Shown here: piece by piece, positions 47,608 through 57,893 of the stretch | Numbering within the stretch: position 1 is the first letter of the stretch | Layout: each line of letters begins with the position of its first letter | Virus record (IMG/VR): IMGVR_UViG_3300044638_006750 | Location: 124,001-188,000 of that record | Strand: one strand, 5' to 3' | Length of the DNA: 64,000 nucleotides | Translations under genes and position numbers: made by a program | Notes under the pieces: generated by a model | The model's input: the letters and a program-made list of their open reading frames with translations, nothing else | Database searches by the model: none | What the model was told of the DNA's origin: nothing

Positions 47608-48182
47608 CTATTTTTTTGATTTTGTTTATTATATGTATAGACAAAGACATCATAGTTGCCCCAGATATCTTCAATCAGATCAGAGATAAAATTCCAATTG
47701 CCTCCAGCAATACCAGACCCGAATTTTGGAGTATGTATTTCTATTTTTTGGTTTTCTGATTGTGCTTGAAAATTCTTGATGAATTGACCAACAAGAGTCA
47801 TTGATTTAACTAGTGCCTGATAATTTAAACATCTTCTATGATTTTTATCTGGTAATCCGTTTTGAGCTATCATATTAGCAAACATTAGTTTATAGCCATA
47901 TTTATTTTTAACCGGAATCTCTATAATTTGTGCGTGTCCAAAATTATTTCTCATAAAGGTTTTACCAAGCATGTGATAATTTTCTTTTACGATAGGGTAG
48001 TGATTAGATACGGCAGCGGCAAAACCTCCGCCAAACACATCTATATTATTACATACATGAGGTACTATGACCGAACTTCCAAGTTTTTCAGAAGATAGTC
48101 TTTTTATTATTCTCTCAAAAATATCGTCATTACTTACTGTGTAAAAAGACCTATGAGATGCGTTGTGGTATTTTGTTTGCAT
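47604..48182 (-). CDS. Macro domain (ADP-ribose-binding/hydrolase) protein
   Basis: PHVCNN..FGGGFAAAV, FANMIAQ, PKFGSGIAGGNW. Confidence 0.85.
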   Translation of the reverse strand: MQTKYHNASHRSFYTVSNDDIFERIIKRLSSEKLGSSVIVPHVCNNIDVFGGGFAAAVSNHYPIVKENYHMLGKTFMRNNFGHAQIIEIPVKNKYGYKLMFANMIAQNGLPDKNHRRCLNYQALVKSMTLVGQFIKNFQAQSENQKIEIHTPKFGSGIAGGNWNFISDLIEDIWGNYDVFVYTYNKQNQKNS

Positions 48183-48203
48183 AGATTACTCCTCTTTTGA
48201 CTT

Positions 48204-48232
48204 ATAGTAGCTCCCAACCTACATACAAGCAA
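48204..48232 (-). promoter_or_regulatory. Sigma70-like promoter for the macro-domain gene
   Basis: TTGCTT-N17-TACTAT followed by a GAGGAG SD. Confidence 0.65.
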
Positions 48233-48243
48233 ACCATCAGCAT

Positions 48244-49077
48244 CTAAGACAAAATCTGTTCTATCAGATCGTCAGATATCGCCATTTCTTTATCGCTCGG
48301 GGAGTAGTATTTAGATTCTTCGTTAATCGTGGTATTATCAAAAATCCTATCTATCCACGTAAAACCATACTGATCCTTGTCATATTGAAGAACTGGAGTA
48401 GAATTATGTTCTAAAAAATTTTGATTAGATATTTTTTTCAAAAAATCAAATGATACTTTTTTTTCTAGCCTTTCTGCAATATTTTTAAACATAGCCATAC
48501 TTAATATTCTACAAGGGTGGTTATGAGTAGCAAATAATTTTGTTTTTAAAAAATTTTGATTTATAAAATTACTAACATTTTCATAACTGTGTTTAATTAA
48601 TGATTTATCCAATCTATGTTTAGATTGAATGAAACTATTTCTTGTATCTTCAATAGATTTTTTATATATATGAACAATATCGTATGCATATAATTCCAGC
48701 TCTAAGTTACTCATTCTAATTTCTTTTAGGTCTGAAATGTCAAATGTTTCAAAAAAGTTATTTGGAATATTTTTGTCTGTATTTAAAATTTGATAATTTT
48801 TTATAGTTTCTGTAATAATTAAATCTGTTTTCTGTAAAATGTTACGAATATCAGAGATCGGAAAAAGATAATTTTTCTCTGCATTCCATTTCTGTCCCCA
48901 AAACGGAGTATAAATACAATAAATGTTAAACTCTGGAAAAAGTAAACTTAAATAATACATTATTGGAGTTGTTCTACAGCTTCCCAAAAATAAAATATTT
49001 CTAGGTCCACACCCTTTATAAATCATGAAATTATTGCTAGCATTTAATTCACTAAGTTTCGCAGCGAGTATTATCAT
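48244..49077 (-). CDS. WcbI-like polysaccharide biosynthesis protein
   Basis: ILFLGSC, KLFATHNHP. Confidence 0.55.
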   Translation of the reverse strand: MIILAAKLSELNASNNFMIYKGCGPRNILFLGSCRTTPIMYYLSLLFPEFNIYCIYTPFWGQKWNAEKNYLFPISDIRNILQKTDLIITETIKNYQILNTDKNIPNNFFETFDISDLKEIRMSNLELELYAYDIVHIYKKSIEDTRNSFIQSKHRLDKSLIKHSYENVSNFINQNFLKTKLFATHNHPCRILSMAMFKNIAERLEKKVSFDFLKKISNQNFLEHNSTPVLQYDKDQYGFTWIDRIFDNTTINEESKYYSPSDKEMAISDDLIEQILS

Positions 49078-49721
49078 TGAATTAAATTTAAAATTTCTTT
49101 ATATTTGTTTGTTTTTAAAGTATTACAACTTGATGATGAGAAGTGTATTAATTTCCCTATTTTTGGATAATTAGCTACAAGATTTAAACTTTTATAATCT
49201 GTTTTACGGTTAGATAACATAATCATATCTGATGTATGTTCTTTATTATTTATAAGATGAATGTCTATTGGTTTTAGAACCATAAATGATTTCAACATAT
49301 TAAAATAATCTTCAGATCTACCAGACACTACACAAGGGACATGTCCCTGATAAATAGTTAATTCTGTGAAATCAAAAAAATTTATATCTTCTTGAAATGT
49401 ATTATTTATTACATCATAATCAATCATTACTCCTCCTCCTATGTTAGCCATTGCTAACCATCTCATATAACAATGATAGTCGTAGGACGAAGGATTGATG
49501 CTTGGGAATGTTTTTATTATTGTTGAATACTCATTATATAAAGGATGAGACAAAGCGTCTTTTTCGGATATTATCTTCAGTTCCCATCCATGATTTAGCC
49601 AAGATTTTGCACATAGCTCTATTAAAGACTCTTGAGAATATTCTTTTGCAGGCCGATGTTCGATCTCGGGTACAACTTCATAATATGTATAGATAATATT
49701 ATTTTTTGTGCAGTATTGCAT
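49074..49721 (-). CDS. Putative DxD glycosyltransferase
   Basis: KSW..HGWE, CYMRWLAM..GG.MIDYDV. Confidence 0.55.
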   Translation of the reverse strand: MQYCTKNNIIYTYYEVVPEIEHRPAKEYSQESLIELCAKSWLNHGWELKIISEKDALSHPLYNEYSTIIKTFPSINPSSYDYHCYMRWLAMANIGGGVMIDYDVINNTFQEDINFFDFTELTIYQGHVPCVVSGRSEDYFNMLKSFMVLKPIDIHLINNKEHTSDMIMLSNRKTDYKSLNLVANYPKIGKLIHFSSSSCNTLKTNKYKEILNLIQ

Positions 49722-50949
49722 AGTTATATTTTTCTTTTAGTTCTGTGATCGGCATATTTCTATTCTCTTCACTATTTAAACTTAAATTAACAATCAATGT
49801 TGTATACACATATTGTTTTTTTATATAGTTCCATAATATTTTATTGTGTTTAGATGATTCTCTATCAAAATGATAATGCATTACTAATTTAAGCAAATAG
49901 TCGTATGGCATGTCTGGACTATGATATTTAATATACTCTGGCATTACAGACTTACAAAACTGCATATATTCCTGAAATAAAGGATTTCCAGTAGCATATA
50001 TAGAAGTTCCTCCATTAATATGGCTATTTAATAAGGACGAATATGATTCATTACTAACGCCATCATACTGAGAACCAGAAATTAAAAAAGGTTGGGATGA
50101 ACAGTATTTAACCAGTCTATCTAACCACTTATCAGATAGATAACAGTCGCACTCCAACAATAAGCTAGAGTTGTATTTTCTTAACAAATCCATAACTGCA
50201 AAGAAAACATAGTTTGGACCCGATTTATATCCGTATAGAGGGATTACATTTTCATCACAATCAGAATTTTTTCCCCAATAAATATCTAAGTCTTGAGGGA
50301 TATCTAAATAAATAATCTCTAAATGTTTAAATTTGTTTTTTAAATTATTGATACCATTATTGTTTTCATAAAATTGTTGATCATATTTTTTATTAGCTAT
50401 AATTATTAAATCTATATTTTTTGACAAATCGGCATTGGTGTTTTTATCTATCTGGTCTAAGAAATTAAGATATGAGTTATCGGTAATTTCTTGTTCACCT
50501 GTTGCCAGTAAACAAATACATTCTAGGTTATTTTCATAGTGTTTAATGCTATCAAGCGAACAATACTGAGAGATATCTTTAAATAATCTAGTATCTTCTT
50601 TATTGACTTCAAAATATGACAATATATGATCATTTGTAATTAAAGTTTTATCTATTTCATTAAAATCTTTTTTTAAGTTATTAATAATTTGTTTAATATT
50701 ATGATATTTTTTTTCATATAATTGAATTAGAGTATAATAATACCATTCTGAAAATTCAATATTCTTGCTTTCCAACACTAAATTAATTTTTTCATCAATA
50801 TTATCTATCAGTTCTGAGAGTTTGTAGTATGGCCAAGACTGATTGGGGTTTAAATTAATAGCTTTATATAATAGTTCTTTAGCTATTTCTGGTTGATTAT
50901 TTTTAATACACAGCATTGCAGCTTTAGCGTATTCTTCCCAATTATTCAT
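49699..50949 (-). CDS. TPR + putative glycosyltransferase-like domain protein
   Basis: N-terminal TPR (LYKAINLNP), LLECDC. Confidence 0.5.
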   Translation of the reverse strand: MNNWEEYAKAAMLCIKNNQPEIAKELLYKAINLNPNQSWPYYKLSELIDNIDEKINLVLESKNIEFSEWYYYTLIQLYEKKYHNIKQIINNLKKDFNEIDKTLITNDHILSYFEVNKEDTRLFKDISQYCSLDSIKHYENNLECICLLATGEQEITDNSYLNFLDQIDKNTNADLSKNIDLIIIANKKYDQQFYENNNGINNLKNKFKHLEIIYLDIPQDLDIYWGKNSDCDENVIPLYGYKSGPNYVFFAVMDLLRKYNSSLLLECDCYLSDKWLDRLVKYCSSQPFLISGSQYDGVSNESYSSLLNSHINGGTSIYATGNPLFQEYMQFCKSVMPEYIKYHSPDMPYDYLLKLVMHYHFDRESSKHNKILWNYIKKQYVYTTLIVNLSLNSEENRNMPITELKEKYNYAILHKK

Positions 50950-53104
50950 TATATCTTTCTATATTAGAGATGCCTAAATTTTTGATAATATCTAAGAATT
51001 TTTTTTGATTAATAGCTTGAAATTTTTTAGTGCCTTTTAAAATATCTGTTCCGCTAGAGGAACCCTCGTCGTGAATAGCCTCGCATCTTGGATCATATAT
51101 GGTTTTTAATCCATAAAAATGAGCCCTGTACTGCCATTCACTATCTTCATAATACATAGAATCTAATTCATGGCTAAAAACACCTATTTTATTAATTGCT
51201 CCTCTTTTCATATATAATAAACATCCTGAGCAATATCCAGTATATTTAGGAATATTATATTTATAAGTTTTAGGATGGTCATATCTACCTTTATTCAAAC
51301 CAGTACCATCACTGTATAACTCTGCTCCAGCTTCAGCTAGTCTTCCGTCAGGATATATTGTTTTACCTCCAGCCGCCGCTATATAATCTGCTATATATGC
51401 GCTAGAATATAAATAATTTAACCAATATTTATCTATAATTTCAATATCATCATTAATTAATAATATATCTGACTCTTTGTATCTTGGATCAAGCATAATC
51501 TTATTATTTGGAATAATAAAATATTCATTTTGATTGTTTTTTATATATTCAATAGTATTAGGATATATTTGAACATATTTTTTTAATAGTCTCTCGGTTT
51601 CTTTATTTGTTCCATTATCTGTAACTACAATTTTATAATTTAAATAAGATGTTTTTTGTAAAATAGAATCTATACATTTACGTAATTTTTTGGGTTGATT
51701 ATATGTAACTATACTAATTGTAACTTGTTTATCTTGTAGCGTGTGTTTGAGAACATTGATAGCAGACTCTTTGGATACTATTTTATCTAGATGTTCTTTC
51801 CCGGCCTCACCCAGCTGTATTTTTTGTTTATTTTTAAGACTAAAATAGTACTGTAGACCATCTATAAATTCAAAATTAGATTCTGCTATAATAGCATGGT
51901 TTTTATGTATAAAATTAATACCTTCGTTTCCTATACTGGAAGTTATAATAGGAATGCCACTCATACCAGCATCACATATTTTCCCTTTTATGCCTGCTCC
52001 CCAATTTAGAGGAGCAATTAATATACTTGTTTTTTTATATACATCAGAAATTTTTTCTATACAACCCAAGTATTCTATAGAAGGATCAGAAGAGATATTA
52101 TCTTGTATTGTTTTATCTAAATTTGGACCAATAAGTAATAGTTTTGGTTTTATTTTAAGATTATTGTATATATTAGTTAGTTGAAAACTTTTAAAAATTT
52201 CTATAGATCTAATAGCACCATCTAGATTGGGACCATGGGCGTAATTTCCTATAAAAACTATATTATTCCCTAGTTTACAAGTATGTTTGTGATGAATATT
52301 GCTTAATATTTTAATGTTATGATTATATCCTATTTCATCTTGTATATATTCTTTATCTTTTTCTGTAACGGCAAAAATTACATTAGCAGATAAATATACT
52401 TGTTTTTCTATTTTTTTACGAACATCAAGAATGGATTGTTGTATATTTAAGTGTCCAGAGTCCTTTCCTCGCTGTTCTCTAATCCAGTGTACATCAACAG
52501 TATCTATAATAATTTTAATATTTGGATAATATTTTTTTACGATGTCAAGATATTGATTAGCTATATCATACCAAGAAAAAATTACATTGTCAAAAACAAT
52601 ATTTGATTTTTTAGCTTTTTTTAAATATGTGTCTAAGTATATTTGTTTGTCTATGTCTGGCAAAAAATATGGTATTTTTATAGCGTCTAGAGCATCTAGA
52701 TATTTTTTTTTAGAGGATCCATTACAAAGAAACCAGACATTATATTGCAGATCTATTTTTAATATTTTAAGTATCTCTAATAATCTATTGCCTCCGCTGC
52801 TGGTGTCGTAGTCTGGCGCCATTGGCGAAAAATATAATAGATTTTTACCATTATTCCAAATTTCTGGCACCAGTTCATGTGATGAAACGGTCTCTGAAAA
52901 CGATGGAACAATTTTTTTGTAAGCTCTATTCTCTTTACGTCCATATAAAATATAATGTTCTTTAGCCTTTTGTTCATCGTCTATACCGGCGACTATGAGG
53001 TCAGGATGTAACAGCGTATAAATAATAGGATCAAAATCTTTAGGTAGCAAAAATCCATATTGCTCAACAACTCTTTTGGTATATGTATTTGAAACCCATC
53101 TCAT
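50942..53104 (-). CDS. GT4 + GT2 fusion glycosyltransferase
   Basis: FDP..Y...HPD..HY..YGRKE repeat motif; PLNWGAGIKGK; IVTYN..LLINDD..YEDSE. Confidence 0.85.
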   Translation of the reverse strand: MRWVSNTYTKRVVEQYGFLLPKDFDPIIYTLLHPDLIVAGIDDEQKAKEHYILYGRKENRAYKKIVPSFSETVSSHELVPEIWNNGKNLLYFSPMAPDYDTSSGGNRLLEILKILKIDLQYNVWFLCNGSSKKKYLDALDAIKIPYFLPDIDKQIYLDTYLKKAKKSNIVFDNVIFSWYDIANQYLDIVKKYYPNIKIIIDTVDVHWIREQRGKDSGHLNIQQSILDVRKKIEKQVYLSANVIFAVTEKDKEYIQDEIGYNHNIKILSNIHHKHTCKLGNNIVFIGNYAHGPNLDGAIRSIEIFKSFQLTNIYNNLKIKPKLLLIGPNLDKTIQDNISSDPSIEYLGCIEKISDVYKKTSILIAPLNWGAGIKGKICDAGMSGIPIITSSIGNEGINFIHKNHAIIAESNFEFIDGLQYYFSLKNKQKIQLGEAGKEHLDKIVSKESAINVLKHTLQDKQVTISIVTYNQPKKLRKCIDSILQKTSYLNYKIVVTDNGTNKETERLLKKYVQIYPNTIEYIKNNQNEYFIIPNNKIMLDPRYKESDILLINDDIEIIDKYWLNYLYSSAYIADYIAAAGGKTIYPDGRLAEAGAELYSDGTGLNKGRYDHPKTYKYNIPKYTGYCSGCLLYMKRGAINKIGVFSHELDSMYYEDSEWQYRAHFYGLKTIYDPRCEAIHDEGSSSGTDILKGTKKFQAINQKKFLDIIKNLGISNIERYNE

Positions 53105-53784
53105 ATGATTAAATCAGTATTGTAAAAATTTTGCAATAATTGAATTTCGTATTTAATTTTATTACATATTATGTTTTTTACTTTGTCTCCTATTATAGAA
53201 TCAGAATCAACAGGAGACCTATTCATATGGTGATTAGTAATATGTAGTTGAAACGGATTTGAGTCATTAAAAATTTCACAAAGTTTTTGATTTTCTACCT
53301 GAAAAATAAAGTTATATTTTTTAAGTTCTTCTATAGCAATCTCATATTTTTCTTTTAAAGATTTTTCTTTATATTTCACATTAGTTAAATATTCTATAGT
53401 CATATTGCCAAATCTGTCTAAGTAATTATTAAGCAAATTTTCTGAAAGGTTGTCTATGTGTTGACCATAAAAATAATGAATGTGGCTTATCACTCGTTTA
53501 ACAGGATCTCTGATAGTCAGTATTCTGTATGTGTCTTCTATAGAAAGCTTAAAAATATCTTCTATATAATAGCTGGGACTATGGTCTATGAACATCAGAG
53601 TATCAGAGTGAATTGTGTCTATTAAATGAGGTTGTTCATATAAACACATATTTCCATGAGTAAATTGCGAGATATATGCTGGGGCTTGTTGAAAATGTTC
53701 GTTGTTCTTATAGCCTTCATAAAATCCTCTTTTAAGACTGGACCCTCCACATCTGGGAATATGATTTAAAACTAAGTATTTCAT
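53101..53784 (-). CDS. PAPS-dependent sulfotransferase (Sulfotransfer_2-like)
   Basis: HIPRCGGSS (5'-PSB), IRDPVKRVIS (3'-PB). Confidence 0.8.
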   Translation of the reverse strand: MKYLVLNHIPRCGGSSLKRGFYEGYKNNEHFQQAPAYISQFTHGNMCLYEQPHLIDTIHSDTLMFIDHSPSYYIEDIFKLSIEDTYRILTIRDPVKRVISHIHYFYGQHIDNLSENLLNNYLDRFGNMTIEYLTNVKYKEKSLKEKYEIAIEELKKYNFIFQVENQKLCEIFNDSNPFQLHITNHHMNRSPVDSDSIIGDKVKNIICNKIKYEIQLLQNFYNTDLII

Positions 53785-53788
53785 ATGT

Positions 53789-54541
53789 TTAGTTACAAAT
53801 TAGATTATTAATTAATAGTTTAGATAAAGGAACATCTTTATTGCAGACATACGAGTCTGAGCAATGATGTATGACACAATTGGGATCAATTAGCGAAAAA
53901 CTATAGTGTAATAAATTCCTAGAATAATATCCTTGAGGAATATTATAGTAAAGCAATCCTTCAGCCGATGATTCTAATATACCCTCATGTTTGCCTGTTC
54001 CAGCATATTCTTTTGAAGCTGGACATGAAAGATATTCTTTCATCATTATTTTATCCATAATATACATTGCTTGATGATTTTCTGGTAAATTAATATAATT
54101 TGATTTGTATTTTTTAATATCTCTAATGGAGTAAGTCCTGGTTATATCTGTTAAATACCATCTGTTTTGCAAATGCTCTACCCTGATGAATCCGGGAAAA
54201 AATCTTTTATCATCTATTTCTTGTCTATGATATAACCAATAATCTATATTATTCTGATCGATAACTACATCGTCTTCTGTATATATAAAATGTGTGTATG
54301 ATGAGTCATCATAATATTTTTGCATTACTGGAATATGTTTCCACGGTAAATGGAACGGGTGTTCTAGCTCTCCAACATAATAATATTCGGTATTTGGATT
54401 ATTGCATATAACAGTTATATCTATATTATATGACGTATTTTGTAATTTATTTATCACACGTTCTAAAAATTTTTTTCTTTCTTCTCTGTAATAGAAAGTT
54501 ATTACACAGGCTATTTTATCCGCCATACCAGTATCTTCCAT
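53789..54541 (-). CDS. Putative GT-A glycosyltransferase
   Basis: FIYTEDD motif. Confidence 0.5.
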   Translation of the reverse strand: MEDTGMADKIACVITFYYREERKKFLERVINKLQNTSYNIDITVICNNPNTEYYYVGELEHPFHLPWKHIPVMQKYYDDSSYTHFIYTEDDVVIDQNNIDYWLYHRQEIDDKRFFPGFIRVEHLQNRWYLTDITRTYSIRDIKKYKSNYINLPENHQAMYIMDKIMMKEYLSCPASKEYAGTGKHEGILESSAEGLLYYNIPQGYYSRNLLHYSFSLIDPNCVIHHCSDSYVCNKDVPLSKLLINNLICN

Positions 54542-55403
54542 TCTCTATTTTATTAGCATTATTTGGAATCAAATGTTCTGGAATTTCTGTAATCCAATAA
54601 TCTTTTGGCTTTCCACCAGAATCAATACCAAATAGTTTTTGTATACCAGAACCCATATGTATAGCATCTATATTAAAAGAATGAATATAGTCTGTTAGAA
54701 TACACCCCATTGGACCACATCCCACAAAAGCTATATCAAAACTACCTAGCAATGAATCAATTTGCTCTTTCATTATCTTTATATCTGTTAAATAATTGTC
54801 GTGTGATCCATTATTAAAAAATGTAAAAGGAGTTTTTATTCCAATCATATTTTTTATAGTACTCATTGATGGATATATTTTTTTTAAATTACCAGAAAAA
54901 TATTGATCTAGCATCAAATCAGAAAAACCATTAATAATTAATACTCTTTTATTATCTAATAATGGTAATATGGGGGTATAAATACACCAATAGTCTTTGT
55001 ATTGATCTAGTTCTGATTTATAAATATTGATTAAATTGGTTGAGCAGACCACTTCGTTCTCGATTGCAAAATTTGTTAGTATGGTTTTATATGGTTCTTT
55101 TAGTAAAAATCCATGAATAAATATATGCCAGTATGTAGCTTTATGTATTGATTGTTGACACATATTCAAAAATTGATTATACACATCACTATTTTTTACT
55201 GATTCAGTATCTATATCAAAATATGTTCCACCAATAGTTTTATCATAAAATCCTGTAGAACTGTATAACCAATTAATAAATTGATTTTCTAAATCAGTAA
55301 TCATTATTTTATCTATTGAATTATCATATTTTTTAGACTTTAAGAGATGTCTACAAAACATAACGGTTGTTTCTGTGTTTCCGGGTCTGGTGAGTTTTAA
55401 CAT
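54516..55403 (-). CDS. Conserved glycan-locus hypothetical protein (GT-D-like)
   Basis: KRVLII, FDIAFVGCG..G, AIHMGSG.QKLFGI. Confidence 0.5.
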   Translation of the reverse strand: MLKLTRPGNTETTVMFCRHLLKSKKYDNSIDKIMITDLENQFINWLYSSTGFYDKTIGGTYFDIDTESVKNSDVYNQFLNMCQQSIHKATYWHIFIHGFLLKEPYKTILTNFAIENEVVCSTNLINIYKSELDQYKDYWCIYTPILPLLDNKRVLIINGFSDLMLDQYFSGNLKKIYPSMSTIKNMIGIKTPFTFFNNGSHDNYLTDIKIMKEQIDSLLGSFDIAFVGCGPMGCILTDYIHSFNIDAIHMGSGIQKLFGIDSGGKPKDYWITEIPEHLIPNNANKIENGRYWYGG

Positions 55404-55405
55404 AA

Positions 55406-56188
55406 TTATTTACAGTTTAATTGATATAATGATATATTGATATCTAAAATATTTGTACGCAGTGGAACCTCATGAATTTCTGCATCATGATGGTTGTGAT
55501 ATATAGTAAAAGCATCTGGATGATTAATGCCAGATTTATAAAAACGATCAATAATTGGATAATAACTATAGTATCCGTTTGGTTTAACTGCCTCAGCAAA
55601 TTTACGATCCCCTACTACTTCTCCTCTGAGATATCCAAATTTTTCCCATATATGTCGAGGAACGGCGAACTCTGTACAATTAAGCCAATGTACCTTTTGT
55701 ATTAAATGCCAATCTTCTATATTCTTTTCAATATTTCTACATGTAGACAAAGCTGATCCGCCATAAGCTTTTTGATCATCTTTTATAAAAGATTCATATA
55801 GTGTTTCATAAAATAATAGATAGTCTTTAGCTAATACCGCATCATCTTCAGTAAAAATTACATAGTCGCTATGCTGGAAACACTCATCAATTAAGATTTT
55901 TGCTCCTTTATATGGTCCAACATTATTATTAGATAATTTAATTATTATATTTTTATATAAGTATTTTTTCTGTTCTTTATAGCTATAAATATAGTTAATC
56001 ACATGTTTATTTGCAGCATACCAATGACTCCTATTGTTATAGGACATATTATGAGTATTGTCAATAAAAAAAACAAGAGTATATTTTTCTTTTCCTATAC
56101 ACTTTTCTAAAGACGCGAGCAAATCTTGAAGTGTGTCTATTTTTACAAAACACTGTATTCCTATTACGTAATTATTTTGTTGTTGCAT
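55406..56188 (-). CDS. GT-A glycosyltransferase
   Basis: LVFFID, VIFTEDD. Confidence 0.6.
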   Translation of the reverse strand: MQQQNNYVIGIQCFVKIDTLQDLLASLEKCIGKEKYTLVFFIDNTHNMSYNNRSHWYAANKHVINYIYSYKEQKKYLYKNIIIKLSNNNVGPYKGAKILIDECFQHSDYVIFTEDDAVLAKDYLLFYETLYESFIKDDQKAYGGSALSTCRNIEKNIEDWHLIQKVHWLNCTEFAVPRHIWEKFGYLRGEVVGDRKFAEAVKPNGYYSYYPIIDRFYKSGINHPDAFTIYHNHHDAEIHEVPLRTNILDINISLYQLNCK

Positions 56189-57173
56189 AGTGGTCTAGTG
56201 TCCACGCTATAGTTTTTTTCATAGATGTATCAAAATCTACTTTTGGCTTCCAGCCCATATTAGCTAGTTTTGTTCCGTCTAGAGCATATCTACGGTCATG
56301 TCCTGGCCTGGTTTTATGAAAGTCTACATATTCTAATATTGGTGTCTTGTTCATTATATTGCCAATATATTTAACTATTTCATCATTTTTAAATTTGGTA
56401 TCACCCACTACATTATAATGTTCACCAGATATACCGTGTTCAAGTAAAAATAAAGTAGCATTTGCAGCGTTTCTAGCATGGAGCCAGTGTCTTTCTCCAA
56501 CATATTCAATTTTTCCATCATCATCTATTTTGGAATGTATTGGTATGGGTAGGTCATGAACAATATGATGTATAGCTTTCGCTATTAATTTTTCTTTATT
56601 TTGTCTTTCACCAAACATATTCATCGTATATGTTGTAATAATTGGAAGACCATATGTGACATGGTAACTGATTCCAGCAGCGCCTTGTCCGCACTTACTT
56701 CCACTATATGGATTAGACGGCCTCCATCTATCGTCCTCTTTGTAATCATAATCGTTTGGTGCGGGCCCAAAAACCTCATCTGTTAAATAATTGATAAATA
56801 CTGCGTCAGGATTAGTTTTTCTATACCATTCCAGTAAATTAACTGTGCCAATTACATTATCCTCAAAAAATTGTTTTGGATGAGTAATACTTCTGTCTAC
56901 ATGACTATTAGCAGCAAGATGAATAATATAGTCTACTTTTCCTATGCTTTCTGAAAGATGATCTGAAATATCATATTTTAAATCATGATACAAAAATTTA
57001 ATTCTATTTTGAGAATTCTGTATATGTTTACTCATCACAAGTCTATTCATATCTCCTATGTTAGAAAGTCTACATAAGGCGATAATATCCCAATTAGTAT
57101 CGACCAGAACCTCTTCTATCATATGAGAACCAAAAAATCCTGCCGCGCCAGTAATAAGAACAGTTTTTTTCAT
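56172..57173 (-). CDS. rfbB: dTDP-glucose 4,6-dehydratase-like extended SDR
   Basis: TGAAGFFG, HLAANSHVDRSI, TDEVFG, PYSGSK, RPGHDRRYALD. Confidence 0.88.
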   Translation of the reverse strand: MKKTVLITGAAGFFGSHMIEEVLVDTNWDIIALCRLSNIGDMNRLVMSKHIQNSQNRIKFLYHDLKYDISDHLSESIGKVDYIIHLAANSHVDRSITHPKQFFEDNVIGTVNLLEWYRKTNPDAVFINYLTDEVFGPAPNDYDYKEDDRWRPSNPYSGSKCGQGAAGISYHVTYGLPIITTYTMNMFGERQNKEKLIAKAIHHIVHDLPIPIHSKIDDDGKIEYVGERHWLHARNAANATLFLLEHGISGEHYNVVGDTKFKNDEIVKYIGNIMNKTPILEYVDFHKTRPGHDRRYALDGTKLANMGWKPKVDFDTSMKKTIAWTLDHYATTK

Positions 57174-57194
57174 AGTATTAACACCATTAAATTT

Positions 57195-57893
57195 TTAGTT
57201 GGTTGGTACGCAATATGTAAATTGTTGATTTTGATTAATATGACAAAATTCTATATCATGTTTGATAACTTTAATATTATTTTGTCGAAGCCATGTCAAG
57301 AGTCTGGTTTCTGAATTACCCGGTATAGCATTACATATATTATAGAAGTCACAATAAATTTGCATAGCTTTTGGTCTACCTATAGCCAATCTATCACAAA
57401 TGCCATCAAAATCGAATTTTTGTGGTACTATAATAGTATGATTATCCAAACCGTTTAAATTTATGTTTAATATTGGCTTATAGAAAAACAGATCTGGTCG
57501 TATTCTGATTATATAGTCAAAGGTATCAGATATTTCTGATATTAAATTATAGGCTCCTTTTACAAAATACCACTGCAACATAAAATGTTTAAATTTATCT
57601 TCATGAACAGTATTATTATTCATTTGACTATGAAATTGTGACCAACCACCTATACCATTAGGTATGCAGAACGCATGAAGGTCTTCTACTGGATCTTTTT
57701 TCCATATTTTTTTTTCTATAATTTTTTGATATTCATTAATAACAGTTTCAATATTATAATTTCCCTCTAGTATATTAAAAACATAATTAATGTCATAGTC
57801 TTGAAAAATATCTTCAAAATATTTTTGTATAGTTGGATAACTATAGACAAAACCTCTTAATTGTCCAGAAAATAAAAATGCTACTTTACTCAT
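57195..57893 (-). CDS. Hypothetical glycan-locus protein (GT-like)
   Basis: VAFLFSGQLR, IIRIRPDL, CDRLAIG. Confidence 0.55.
   Translation of the reverse strand: MSKVAFLFSGQLRGFVYSYPTIQKYFEDIFQDYDINYVFNILEGNYNIETVINEYQKIIEKKIWKKDPVEDLHAFCIPNGIGGWSQFHSQMNNNTVHEDKFKHFMLQWYFVKGAYNLISEISDTFDYIIRIRPDLFFYKPILNINLNGLDNHTIIVPQKFDFDGICDRLAIGRPKAMQIYCDFYNICNAIPGNSETRLLTWLRQNNIKVIKHDIEFCHINQNQQFTYCVPTN

Noticed and set aside
57176-57185. GGTGTTAATA upstream of rfbB as another promoter-motif copy
   Set aside because: Only a few nucleotides from the ATG; better explained as a Shine-Dalgarno variant.
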